From Bellilinea caldifistulae (GTDB lineage: Bacteria; Chloroflexota; Anaerolineae; Anaerolineales; Anaerolineaceae), in NCBI RefSeq assembly GCF_001306055.1, contig NZ_LGHJ01000020.1:1-32000 (forward strand): 32,000 nucleotides of DNA, in the 5' to 3' direction. The position numbers were made by a program, and so were the translations under genes. Positions 9,069-17,954 of this stretch are shown piece by piece (the first letter of the stretch is position 1; the number at the start of each line of letters is the position of its first letter). A model generated the notes under the pieces. It saw only the letters and a program-made list of their open reading frames with translations, ran no database searches and was not told where the DNA came from.

Positions 9069-9329
9069 TCAACCCGGGTCGCGATTCAGGAACTCTTCAA
9101 GATGTAAGCGGTGAAATAAACGATGACGGATTTCCTGCGGCAGCCCCTCATCACCTGGTTGATGCTGGTACAAATCAATCGTCTTTCGCAAGGTGTTGAT
9201 TACAATCCGGCAGTTTTCGCATTCGGTGAGGTGTTGTTCGATTTGGCGGCACAATTCCGGGTTCAATTCGCCATCCACGAAATCGGAGATGGAAGAAAGT
9301 AACTGCTGACAATCCAGATGATCGCTCAT
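9069..9329 (-). CDS. soluble zinc-binding anti-sigma factor (ZAS, RsrA-like)
   Basis: 86 aa with no TM segment. H33-x3-C37-x2-C40 (HLTECENC) plus Cys7. The ATG at 9329 overlaps the sigma stop (ATGA). The 217-aa track ORF is an upstream extension running antisense-free through the sigma gene frame and is not credible. Confidence 0.8.
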   Translation of the reverse strand: MSDHLDCQQLLSSISDFVDGELNPELCRQIEQHLTECENCRIVINTLRKTIDLYQHQPGDEGLPQEIRHRLFHRLHLEEFLNRDPG

Positions 9330-9946
9330 TTTTGCTCCCATTCTTTGAGCCGCTCGGCAAAATAAAGGGATAGCTGCTGGCGCAGAAACAAGCGGGCACG
9401 CAGCAGACGTGTTTTGACGTTGGTTTCGGTCAGCCCCAACAACTCGGCGGTTTCTTTGATGGATAATCCTTCCAGATCGCGAAGGACGAAAACACCCCGC
9501 AGGGTTGCCGGTAGTTGTTGGATGGCTTGATTCAGAAAGCGACGGGATTCTTCCGAAAGCAACTCGTCTTCCGGTAAACAACACCAATCTGCAAGAATTA
9601 AGTCGTTTGATGAGGTTCCCTCGTCGGAATCCTCTTCTTCGGCGGGGGGATCGAGGGAAACATCGGGCTTTTGTTTGCGCAGGAGCATCAATGATTCGTT
9701 CACTGCAATCCGGTACAGCCATGTGGAAAGACTGGATCGGCCTTCAAATTCGGGCAGGGCGCGCATGGCTTTGAGAAAAGTTTCTTGCAAGACATCCTCA
9801 GCGTCCTGAGGGTTGTTGGTGAACTTGAGGGCAAGTCTATAGATTTTATCGGAGTAAAGATCAACCATGCGCGCCAGCTCATGCCGGTCGCCCTTCTTCA
9901 GGGCTTCCAGCGAAAGGGATGTTTCAGGGATGCTCTCGTTGTTCAT
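9326..9946 (-). CDS. ECF-type RNA polymerase sigma-70 family factor
   Basis: 206 aa. Region 2 (DAEDVLQETFLKAMRALPEF...WLYRIAVNESL) and region 4 HTH (LSIKETAELLGLTETNVKTRLLRAR), separated by an acidic linker. Confidence 0.9.
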   Translation of the reverse strand: MNNESIPETSLSLEALKKGDRHELARMVDLYSDKIYRLALKFTNNPQDAEDVLQETFLKAMRALPEFEGRSSLSTWLYRIAVNESLMLLRKQKPDVSLDPPAEEEDSDEGTSSNDLILADWCCLPEDELLSEESRRFLNQAIQQLPATLRGVFVLRDLEGLSIKETAELLGLTETNVKTRLLRARLFLRQQLSLYFAERLKEWEQK

Positions 9947-9985
9947 ACGTTTAGATGTCCTTTTTGAGCAGAAAGTTGCGTTGAA

Positions 9986-11032
9986 TCACGAGAGCGTCCA
10001 ATTGGGTAAAACATCCAGGTTGAGAGGGTGGCGTTCACCAGCGATGTAATGAAAATAACCGGCAGCGGCGATCATCGCGGCGTTATCGGTACAAAGAGAG
10101 AGCGGGGGGATATGCACCGGAAATTCGCGCTGAGATAAAAAGGCATTTCTTAAAGCTTCGTTGGCGGAAACACCGCCGGCAACCAGAATCGCCTTGGCCT
10201 GATACACCTTGGCGGCGTGAAAGGTCTTTTGGACGAGGATCTCCACCACCGCAACCTGAAAACTGGCAGCCAAATCGGCGATGGGGAGATTGCGCCCTCG
10301 GCTTTCTAAATCGCGAACGGTTCTCAATACAGCGGTTTTCAAGCCGCTGAAAGAAAAGTTCCAGGTGCCCTCCAGACGAGCGCGTGGAAAGGTGAAAGCC
10401 TGCGGATTGCCATCCTGAGCCGCTTTTTGAATGGATGGCCCGCCCGGATAAGGCAGTCCTAACAGACGGGCAACTTTATCGAAAGCCTCGCCAGCAGCAT
10501 CATCCAGGGTGCCGCCCAGGCGCTGATATTCGAGATGCTGATGAATCAAAATCAATTCAGTGTGACCGCCGGAGACCAGTAACGCCAGGAGAGGGAATTC
10601 CGGCGGCTGGGGCGGGCTGGGGGCATCTGCCGGGTACAACCAGGCCGAGTAGATATGCCCCTCCAGATGATTGACACCGATCAACGGCAGGTTTTGGGCA
10701 ATGGCCAGTCCCTTCGCCAGGTTGACGCCGATCACCAGTGAGCCAGCCAGACCGGGACCGCGCGTAACGGCGATAGCATCAATATCGGAAAGTCCCAGAT
10801 GCGCCCGTTGGAGAGCTTCGTCCACAATGGCATAGATGGTTTGGATATGCTGGCGGGATGCAACTTCAGGAAATACGCCGCCGTATTGTGCGTGGATATC
10901 CACCTGACTGGCGACTACGCTGGAAAGTAAAGCCCGGCCGTTTTCTACAACCGCTGCGGCGGTTTCATCGCAGGAAGTCTCAATACCCAGTACTCTGGCT
11001 GGCGCTAAATCAGCAGAAAATCGGCTCATCAT
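9986..11032 (-). CDS. tsaD: tRNA N6-adenosine threonylcarbamoyltransferase
   Basis: 348 aa. VLGIETSCDETAAAVV, HLEGH and the SGGHT motifs of the Kae1/Gcp/TsaD family. Confidence 0.95.
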   Translation of the reverse strand: MMSRFSADLAPARVLGIETSCDETAAAVVENGRALLSSVVASQVDIHAQYGGVFPEVASRQHIQTIYAIVDEALQRAHLGLSDIDAIAVTRGPGLAGSLVIGVNLAKGLAIAQNLPLIGVNHLEGHIYSAWLYPADAPSPPQPPEFPLLALLVSGGHTELILIHQHLEYQRLGGTLDDAAGEAFDKVARLLGLPYPGGPSIQKAAQDGNPQAFTFPRARLEGTWNFSFSGLKTAVLRTVRDLESRGRNLPIADLAASFQVAVVEILVQKTFHAAKVYQAKAILVAGGVSANEALRNAFLSQREFPVHIPPLSLCTDNAAMIAAAGYFHYIAGERHPLNLDVLPNWTLS

Positions 11033-11052
11033 ATCTGATTTATACCACAGGT

Positions 11053-12288
11053 TTAATGACGCATCGGTAAAACAAAATCATACGGAAAGTCTGAAAATCT
11101 CTCAAAAACGCCATCTTCGCGGGCAAAATGGGTGTCTTCAATCCGGAATCCCATCTCGCGCGAGGGATAGTACAGGCCGGGTTCGATGGTGACCACTACT
11201 CCCGGCACCAGCATATCCTGCGATCCCGCAATGGCGCCGCTGAACGGCATTTCGTGAATATGCAGTCCAAGTCCATGCCCAATGCTGTGAATGTAACCTT
11301 CCTGAGCCTGCGGGTCAGACTGGATGGTGGGATGACCCAGCTTTTCCAATAACTGGCAGGTGCGCTGCTGGTAGTGGGAGAACGGCGTATTGAGGGTTAA
11401 TTCCGAAACGATCGCGTCGTACACGGTTTTGACTTGCTGGTAAAGTTCAAGGGCTTCATCGCTAGCGTAGCCCAGTGACCAGGTGCGAGTGAAATCGTAG
11501 TAAAAGCCGCCGCCTGCTTCACATGGGAAGATGTCGAAAACAATGGTCTTACCCAGCCGCACAAAATCGGCCGGATTGCCGCTGCTGTGAGGAACACCGG
11601 CATCTCGACCGATGGCAAAAATGGTACCTTCGGGATTTTCTGCCCCCAATTCACTAAGCCACAGGTTAATGCGGCTTTTCACATCACCAATAGTCAGAGG
11701 TTTGTCATCCGGCTTTACCAGCACTTCATTTTCAACGCGGTGGTGGGTCAGAAAGTCAGCTGTGCGGGCGACAACTTCGGTGGTGATTTTTGCCATGCGG
11801 CGGATGCGTTCGATTTCCTCCGGGTCTTTGGTCATCATCGCCGGCATTAAAATCGGGTCGCGGGTAAAACCAACCCATTCCACCTCCGGTAATAGTTGAC
11901 TGAGTTCTTTGAGAATGCCAAAGATTGGACCAATTTCAACCTGTCCATAAAGGGCAACCCGGCCGCGGTTCAAACCCATGTCCGTCAGCATCTGGCGGTA
12001 ACGCAGGGCAAGGGCGCGGGTATAGTTCTGATCGGCCTGATCCAGTAGCGGTTTGAGGGGATAATCCGTGTAAAGGCGCACAGTCAAGCCGCTTTTGGCT
12101 GCTTCATCACGCTCCATTGGGCCGCAGAACAATACGGCAGGCTTTTGCTGGGGCTTGATCAGGTCAGCGCTGGTCACATGCCCGCCACCGGTCAGATACA
12201 CCATTGCCGGATTGTGGATGGCACTGCCGGTGACCAGCAGGGCGTCTATCTGATTTTCTTGCATGAGGGCATCAATCTGATTTTTCAT
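11053..12288 (-). CDS. M24 family metallopeptidase (Xaa-Pro aminopeptidase/dipeptidase-like)
   Basis: 411 aa. N-terminal creatinase/prolidase-type domain, then the pita-bread motifs HSIGHGLGLHIHE, VVTIEPGLY and RIEDT. Confidence 0.85.
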   Translation of the reverse strand: MKNQIDALMQENQIDALLVTGSAIHNPAMVYLTGGGHVTSADLIKPQQKPAVLFCGPMERDEAAKSGLTVRLYTDYPLKPLLDQADQNYTRALALRYRQMLTDMGLNRGRVALYGQVEIGPIFGILKELSQLLPEVEWVGFTRDPILMPAMMTKDPEEIERIRRMAKITTEVVARTADFLTHHRVENEVLVKPDDKPLTIGDVKSRINLWLSELGAENPEGTIFAIGRDAGVPHSSGNPADFVRLGKTIVFDIFPCEAGGGFYYDFTRTWSLGYASDEALELYQQVKTVYDAIVSELTLNTPFSHYQQRTCQLLEKLGHPTIQSDPQAQEGYIHSIGHGLGLHIHEMPFSGAIAGSQDMLVPGVVVTIEPGLYYPSREMGFRIEDTHFAREDGVFERFSDFPYDFVLPMRH

Positions 12289-12320
12289 TTCGTGTCCTTG
12301 AGATGTTAATGAGGAGGTTC

Positions 12321-13682
12321 TTAAGTGTGACTGGCCAATAGACCCTGTAACTTCGTGAGCAATTCCTCGTCCTGTTGAGGGAAAACGGTGCGGGGGTCAA
12401 ACACGACGCGGTCATTTTCAATCCGGGCGATAATTGCCGGCGACCCTTCTCTCAGCCGAGCGAGAAAACCATCTGCCTTTGGAACGGAGAGAGCCAGCAG
12501 CCAGGTGGGCAGGGTTTCTTCGGGTAAAGAACCACCGCCTACCGTCGAAAGACCGCTGATCACCTCGCCGAATCCCAATCGGTTTTGCCAATTCAGTGCC
12601 CGCTGGCGGATTTCTTCCCGGCTTACGGCGATCATCTGCCAGACCGGAATTTCGGTCAGGGCCTCGTCTTTGAGGTAATGGAGCAGCGTTGCTGCCAGCG
12701 CTGCAAGGCATAATTTATCCGCGCGCACAGCGCGGGCGAGCGGATGTTTTTTGATTTTGGAAAGCAAGTCGGCTTTGCCGACCAGAATACCTGCCTGCGG
12801 TCCGCCGAGCAGTTTATCACCCGAAAAACAGACCAGATCGCAGCCGGCTTGGAGGGATTCTTGAACCGTTGGTTCATGTTCCAATCCAAACGGTGCGGTA
12901 TCGAGCAAAGCCCCCGATCCCAGGTCGTCAATGACGATTGTCTGGTATTGACGGGCGAGGGCAGTTATGTCCGTCAGCTCCGGCTCGCTGGCAAAGCCAA
13001 TCAGGCGGAAGTTGGAATGATGGGCATGGAGTATCAAGGCGCCGGGGTGGTTTTGGAGGGCGTTTTCATAATCGGACAGATGTACCCGATTGGTTGTACC
13101 GATTTCAATCAACTTTGCGCCGGATTGCTTCATCACCTCTGGCACACGAAAACCGCCGCCAATTTCCACCAGTTGAGTGCGAGAAATGATAACCGGTTTT
13201 CGGCGTGCCAGTGCGGAAAGCGCCAGTAAAACCGCTGCAGCGTTGTTGTTAACCACCAGGGCGTCTTCTGCTCCGATCAGACGGGTCAGAATTTGTTGGG
13301 CATGAATCTCACGCTTGCCTCGTTTGCCGGTGGTTACATCAAATTCGAGGGTACTGTAACCGCTGGCGCAGGTTTGAATGGATTGCAGAGCGGAAGGGCT
13401 GAGGGGGGCGCGTCCCAGATTGGTGTGAAGGATCACGCCGGTGGCGTTAATCACCGGCTGGAGGGTTAATTGCGTCCAACGGGTGAGGTGGTCTTCCACC
13501 AATCTGAACAGAGGCTCTTCACTGGCGGATGATGCGGGAAGGTTTGCGCCCTGGCGGATTTGCTCCAGCGCGGCACGGATGGCGCTCAGGGTCAGGGTCC
13601 TGCCATATTGCCGAATCCAATTTTCGGCTTGCGGCGTTTGTAAAAGCCGGTCAACGGAGGGCAGTCGGCGCAGATCATTCAT
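12321..13682 (-). CDS. selA: L-seryl-tRNA(Sec) selenium transferase (selenocysteine synthase)
   Basis: LPSVDRLLQ near the N-terminus, NATGVILHTNLGRAPL, and FSGDKLLGGPQAG (PLP-lysine motif). I chose the ATG at 13682 (MNDLRRLPSVD...). The track ORF starts at a TTG at 13733, 17 codons upstream. Confidence 0.9.
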   Translation of the reverse strand: MNDLRRLPSVDRLLQTPQAENWIRQYGRTLTLSAIRAALEQIRQGANLPASSASEEPLFRLVEDHLTRWTQLTLQPVINATGVILHTNLGRAPLSPSALQSIQTCASGYSTLEFDVTTGKRGKREIHAQQILTRLIGAEDALVVNNNAAAVLLALSALARRKPVIISRTQLVEIGGGFRVPEVMKQSGAKLIEIGTTNRVHLSDYENALQNHPGALILHAHHSNFRLIGFASEPELTDITALARQYQTIVIDDLGSGALLDTAPFGLEHEPTVQESLQAGCDLVCFSGDKLLGGPQAGILVGKADLLSKIKKHPLARAVRADKLCLAALAATLLHYLKDEALTEIPVWQMIAVSREEIRQRALNWQNRLGFGEVISGLSTVGGGSLPEETLPTWLLALSVPKADGFLARLREGSPAIIARIENDRVVFDPRTVFPQQDEELLTKLQGLLASHT

Positions 13683-14079
13683 TTTCACCGGCAACAAATC
13701 GGCTGCGTTCGGCAAGGCGGATGGCAAATTCAATGGCTGCCAGGCCGGCTGCCAGGGCGAATCCCAATGGGAGGGTCAGGAAACGCCCCATTTGAAACCA
13801 GGCCAGCAAATCGAAATACAAACCAACCCAAATTGCCTGCCGTACAATGATGCCGGGCGTGACCGGCGTTGGACTGGGAAACCGCCAGTGGAGAAAATAA
13901 ACTACCGGCAGTGCCAGGCCGCTGGCGGTGATGGTGGTCAAAAAAAAGAACAGCCAGCGCGGCCCAAGGGTTGGTAAAGTCAGATTGAAAAGCAGGAATA
14001 ATCCTGCCAGACCCAATGCCGTTAAAATCAATGCTGAAGCGAGAAATGGGATGAATGGCGGAAGGTTTTGTTTTTCCAC
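13675..14079 (-). CDS. hypothetical integral membrane protein (about 4 TM helices)
   Basis: 134 aa, strongly hydrophobic in four segments. GTG start preceded by GGAGAGG. It overlaps the selA start by 8 nt. No family recognised. Confidence 0.55.
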   Translation of the reverse strand: MEKQNLPPFIPFLASALILTALGLAGLFLLFNLTLPTLGPRWLFFFLTTITASGLALPVVYFLHWRFPSPTPVTPGIIVRQAIWVGLYFDLLAWFQMGRFLTLPLGFALAAGLAAIEFAIRLAERSRFVAGENE

Positions 14080-14185
14080 AAAGTTACCTCTCCAAAAAAT
14101 TATATCCTATCCCTTTGAGAGCGAGGGAGGATTTTTGAAACAGGTTGCATGGAATGCGCCAGATGTAGAAGGTTCAGCCCGATGG

Positions 14186-14213
14186 TTGTAATTTTTACCA
14201 AATGTGGTAGAAT
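14186..14213 (+). promoter_or_regulatory. candidate sigma-70 promoter for the S-box leader / metH operon
   Basis: -35 TTGTAA (14186-14191), 16-nt spacer, extended -10 TGgTAGAAT (14205-14213). It lies about 30 nt upstream of the riboswitch P1 stem. Confidence 0.35.
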
Positions 14214-14244
14214 TTGGGGTAACTGATTGACCGGGAACATCCCG

Positions 14245-14365
14245 GCGCTCATCCAGAGAGGTGGAGGGACCGGCCCGAAGAAGCCTCGGCAACCGCTGAT
14301 CCAATCAGCAGGTGCCAACTCCGGCAGAATCCGCAGAATGCGATGATTCTGGAAGATGAGAGAGC
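14245..14365 (+). promoter_or_regulatory. SAM-I (S-box) riboswitch aptamer
   Basis: CTCATCCAGAGAGGTGGAGGGACCGGCCCGAAGAAGCCTCGGCAACC...GGTGCCAACTCCGGCAG...GAAGATGAGAG matches the conserved S-box core almost base for base (compare the B. subtilis yitJ leader). P1 is CTCATC/GATGAG. Confidence 0.9.
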
Positions 14366-14383
14366 GATCCATTGAATGATGTG

Positions 14384-14406
14384 CCTCTCGTCCAGAGAGG
14401 TTTTTT
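14384..14406 (+). terminator. riboswitch expression-platform intrinsic terminator
   Basis: CCTCTC-GTCCA-GAGAGG hairpin followed by TTTTTT. The 3' strand of P1 (GAGAGAG, about 14358-14364) can alternatively pair with CTCTC of the terminator, giving the antiterminator. Confidence 0.75.
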
Positions 14407-14426
14407 ATATCTTGGAGGTCACACCC

Positions 14427-17400
14427 ATGCAACGAATCTACACCAATCGCCGCTATCTGGATGCCCTTGAGCAGCGTGTGCTGGTCTTTGACGGGGCAAT
14501 GGGCACCAGTTTACAAAAAATGAATCTGACCGCCAGGCATTTTGGCGGAGAAAAGACGATGGGATGTAATGATTTTCTGGTGATCACCTACCCACAGGCG
14601 GTTGAACAGGTACATCGTTCATTTTTAGAGGTAGGTGTGGACGTCATCGAAACCAATACTTTTCGCTCGAACCGGATTACGCTTGCCGAATACGGTCTTC
14701 AAGACCGGGTGATAGAAATCAACCGTGCCGCTGCGGCACTGGCGCGCCGGCTGGCGGATGAATACACCACTCCCGATCATCCGCGTTTTGTTGCCGGTTC
14801 TATCGGCCCTTCCGGTAAACTCCCTTCCATGGATGATCCGGAGCTATCCGATGTCACCTTTGAGGATTTAGCCGAGGTTTTTCGGGAACAGGCGCGCGGG
14901 TTGATTGAGGGTGGAGTGGATTTGTTGTTGATTGAAACTTCGCAGGACATTCTGGAAGTCAAGGCTGCCATTGAGGGCATTCAGCGCGCCTTTGTGGATA
15001 CCGGCATTTACCTGCCTGTTCAGGCGCAGGTGACGCTGGATACCTCCGGACGGATGTTGTTGGGGACGGATATTTCTGCCGTGGAAGCCATTCTGGAGGG
15101 GTTGGCAATTGATGTGATTGGGATGAACTGCTCCACCGGCCCGGAACACATGCGTGAACCGATCCGGTTTTTGGGAGAGATCAGTCCGCTGCCGGTTTCC
15201 TGCATTCCGAATGCCGGCTTGCCGCTGAATGTGGACGGTCAGGCAGTCTATCCGCTTGAACCGAGACCGTTTGCTGAAGCCCTGGCAGAATTTGTCGAGA
15301 AACACCGGGTCAACGTGGTGGGTGGTTGCTGCGGCACCACACCGGAGCATTTGCGCCTTCTGGTTGAAAAAGTGGGGCACAAACCGCGTCCGCCGCGCCC
15401 GCAGTTGTTTATTCCGCGCCTTGCTTCTGCCATGCAGGCTCAGCCCATGCTGCAAGAGCCGCGTCCATTTTTGATTGGTGAGCGGTTGAATACCCAGGGT
15501 TCCCGCAAGTTCAAAAAGTTGATTCTGGAAGAACGCTATGACGATCTTCTGGAAATTGCGTACGAACAGGTCGAATCGGGGGCGCATGGGTTGGATGTGT
15601 GTGTGGCGCTGACCGAACGCGCTGACGAGGTCGAAACGATGCGCAAAGTCATTAAAAAGCTGGCGCCGGCCGTTCGTGTTCCGCTGGTGATTGACACCAC
15701 CGAGCCGGATGTTCTGGAAGCCGCTTTGCAGACTGCGCCGGGGCGCTGCCTGATCAATTCCACCCACCTGGAAGGCGGTCGGGAAAAAGCCGACCGGGTG
15801 TTCCAGTTGGCGCGGAAATACAACGCGGCGGTCATTGCTTTGACAATTGATGAACAAGGTATGGCAAAGACCGCCGAACGCAAGCTGGAAGTAGCCCGGC
15901 GGATTTATCAGATTGCCGTTGAAGAACATGGTTTGCGCCCCGGCGATCTGGTGTTTGATGCGCTGACCTTTACACTGGCAACCGGAGATCCCGAATTTGC
16001 CGGATCGGCGATTGAAACCATCGAAGGCATCCGGCGGATTAAAGCCGAATTGCCGGGTGTGCTGACTTCGCTGGGGGTGAGTAATGTATCCTTTGGATTG
16101 GGTGCCCGAGCGCGTGCGGTTCTCAACAGCGTTATGCTCTATCATTGCGTGCAGGCCGGTCTGGATATGGCGATTGTCAACCCGGCTCACATCACGCCTT
16201 ATGCTGAAATTGGCGAAGAGGAGCGCACGCTCGCTGAGGATTTGATTTTCAACCGCCGTGCCGATGCGTTGCAACGCTTCATCGCTCATATTGAGCAAAG
16301 CGGGGCTGAAAGTGAGGGAAAGACCTCCCAAACGCAGGCGGCATTACAGGCGATGACCGCCGAGCAACGCCTGCACTGGCGCATCTTGCATCGCCAGAAA
16401 GACGGGGTTGAAGCGGATATTGACGAAATCATCCAGCGCGGGATGCACGCCACCCGTCATCAAACCGCGGTTTACATCCTCAACGAAGTGTTGCTGCCGG
16501 CGATGAAGGAGGTTGGCGATAAATTCGGCAGCGGTGAGTTGATTCTGCCGTTCGTTTTGCAATCGGCTGAGGTGATGAAAAAGTCGGTAGCCTATCTGGA
16601 AAATTATTTAGAGAAGAAAGAGGGCGTCAGTAAGGGGTTGATGGTTCTGGCTACCGTCTATGGGGATGTGCATGACATCGGCAAGAATCTGGTCAAAACG
16701 ATTCTGGTCAACAATGGCTATGAAGTCATTGATTTGGGCAAGCAGGTGCCAGCGGAAACGATCATTTCCAAGGCGGTGGAGGTCAATGCAACCGCCATTG
16801 GATTAAGCGCATTGCTGGTGAGCACCAGTAAACAAATGCCGCTCATTGTCAACGAACTGCACCGGCGCGGTCTTAACTTTCCGGTCTTAATCGGCGGGGC
16901 AGCCATCAACCGCCGCTTTGGCCGGCGGATTTTGATGACTGAAAGTGGGGAATTTTATCCAGCGGGAGTGTTTTATTGCAAGGATGCTTTTGAAGGATTG
17001 GCCACAATGGACTCGCTGGTGGATCCCGAAGGACGCCAGAAATTGCTGGATACCATCCGCCGTGAAGCAGAAATTGAACTGGGTCGGCAAGTCCAGTCCG
17101 AGCAGGAAGCAGCCGTAACACGCCGTTCTGCCGTTTCCCCGGCAACCCTCATCCCGCGGCCGCCTTCCTGGGGCGTTCGCGTTGTGCGGAGCATGCCGCT
17201 GGAAGCCGTGTTTGAATGCCTGTTCAAAAACGAGTTGTTCCGCCTTTCATGGGGAGCGAAGAATACCCACGGGGAAGCGTGGGAAGAATTGGAGCGCACT
17301 TATGAGGAACGGCTTGAAAAAATGAAACGGGAAGCCATCCGCACCGGTTGGCTGAAACCGAAAGGGGTTTATGGGTATTTCCCGGCTCAGGCGGAGGGCA

Positions 17401-17945
17401 ACGATCTCATCGTGTATGAACCGGGCAGCGTTCAGCAGGGCAGCCCGGCTGAACTGGTGCGTTTTCAATTCCCGCGTCAATCAAACGGAGAGTTTTTGTG
17501 TCTTGCCGATTATTTTAGCCCTGTGGAAAGCGGACAAATGGATGTTGTGGCGTTTCAGGTCGTGACGGTTGGAGAAGAGGCTAGCCGACGTTTCGAGGAA
17601 TTGCAGTCGAAGGGTGATTACAGCGAAGCTTATTTTGTGCACGGATTGGCCGTTCAAACTGCCGAAGCAGCCGCTGAATACCTGCACCGCCACATTCGCC
17701 GCGAATTGGGCCTGCCGGCGGGGCAGGGTAAGCGGTATTCATGGGGTTACCCTGCCATCCCGGAGCTGGCGGATCATCAAAAAGTGTTTGCACTTTTACC
17801 AGCCGAATCAGAGTTGGGTATGCGCCTGACTGAGGCTTATCAACTGGTGCCGGAACAATCTACGGCAGCGATTATCGTTCATCACCCACAGGCCAGGTAC
17901 TTCAATGTGGGTGAAAGCCGGGTGGAACAGTTAATGCGGGCTTAG
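14427..17945 (+). CDS. metH: cobalamin-dependent methionine synthase
   Basis: 1172 aa from the ATG at 14427, with GGAGG 8 nt upstream. The track start at 14376 lies inside the leader/terminator. It has an Hcy-binding domain (GGCCGTTPEH), a pterin-binding domain, a B12-binding DVHDIGKN (DxHxxG) motif and a C-terminal AdoMet activation domain (RYSWGYPA). Confidence 0.95.
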   Translation: MQRIYTNRRYLDALEQRVLVFDGAMGTSLQKMNLTARHFGGEKTMGCNDFLVITYPQAVEQVHRSFLEVGVDVIETNTFRSNRITLAEYGLQDRVIEINRAAAALARRLADEYTTPDHPRFVAGSIGPSGKLPSMDDPELSDVTFEDLAEVFREQARGLIEGGVDLLLIETSQDILEVKAAIEGIQRAFVDTGIYLPVQAQVTLDTSGRMLLGTDISAVEAILEGLAIDVIGMNCSTGPEHMREPIRFLGEISPLPVSCIPNAGLPLNVDGQAVYPLEPRPFAEALAEFVEKHRVNVVGGCCGTTPEHLRLLVEKVGHKPRPPRPQLFIPRLASAMQAQPMLQEPRPFLIGERLNTQGSRKFKKLILEERYDDLLEIAYEQVESGAHGLDVCVALTERADEVETMRKVIKKLAPAVRVPLVIDTTEPDVLEAALQTAPGRCLINSTHLEGGREKADRVFQLARKYNAAVIALTIDEQGMAKTAERKLEVARRIYQIAVEEHGLRPGDLVFDALTFTLATGDPEFAGSAIETIEGIRRIKAELPGVLTSLGVSNVSFGLGARARAVLNSVMLYHCVQAGLDMAIVNPAHITPYAEIGEEERTLAEDLIFNRRADALQRFIAHIEQSGAESEGKTSQTQAALQAMTAEQRLHWRILHRQKDGVEADIDEIIQRGMHATRHQTAVYILNEVLLPAMKEVGDKFGSGELILPFVLQSAEVMKKSVAYLENYLEKKEGVSKGLMVLATVYGDVHDIGKNLVKTILVNNGYEVIDLGKQVPAETIISKAVEVNATAIGLSALLVSTSKQMPLIVNELHRRGLNFPVLIGGAAINRRFGRRILMTESGEFYPAGVFYCKDAFEGLATMDSLVDPEGRQKLLDTIRREAEIELGRQVQSEQEAAVTRRSAVSPATLIPRPPSWGVRVVRSMPLEAVFECLFKNELFRLSWGAKNTHGEAWEELERTYEERLEKMKREAIRTGWLKPKGVYGYFPAQAEGNDLIVYEPGSVQQGSPAELVRFQFPRQSNGEFLCLADYFSPVESGQMDVVAFQVVTVGEEASRRFEELQSKGDYSEAYFVHGLAVQTAEAAAEYLHRHIRRELGLPAGQGKRYSWGYPAIPELADHQKVFALLPAESELGMRLTEAYQLVPEQSTAAIIVHHPQARYFNVGESRVEQLMRA

Positions 17946-17954
17946 AGGTGGCCG

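Noticed and set aside
9330-9722. Long N-terminal extension of the anti-sigma ORF (217-aa version).
   Set aside because: The extension overlaps the sigma gene in another frame and is Arg/Pro-rich junk. The ATG at 9329 with an ATGA overlap gives a normal ZAS protein.
9947-10060. ECF-type promoter (GGAAC-N16/17-GTT-like) upstream of the sigma gene, inside the tsaD 3' end.
   Set aside because: I found only weak partial matches (for example GTGAAC...GATGTT). Nothing is convincing without a regulon-wide motif.
12744-13977. Plus-strand ORFs 12744-13229 and 13441-13977 (161 and 178 aa).
   Set aside because: They are antisense to selA and the membrane gene, and have biased Arg/Gly composition.
14100-14426. 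Cobalamin riboswitch upstream of the B12-dependent metH.
   Set aside because: The leader matches the SAM-I core throughout. I saw no B12-box-like element.
14868-16331. 487-aa ORF antisense to metH.
   Set aside because: It lies entirely inside a gene with unambiguous MetH homology. Its composition is Arg/Gly/His/Pro-rich and low in complexity, as is typical of antisense frames in GC-rich coding DNA. The same applies to 15536-15883, 16973-17299 and similar ORFs.
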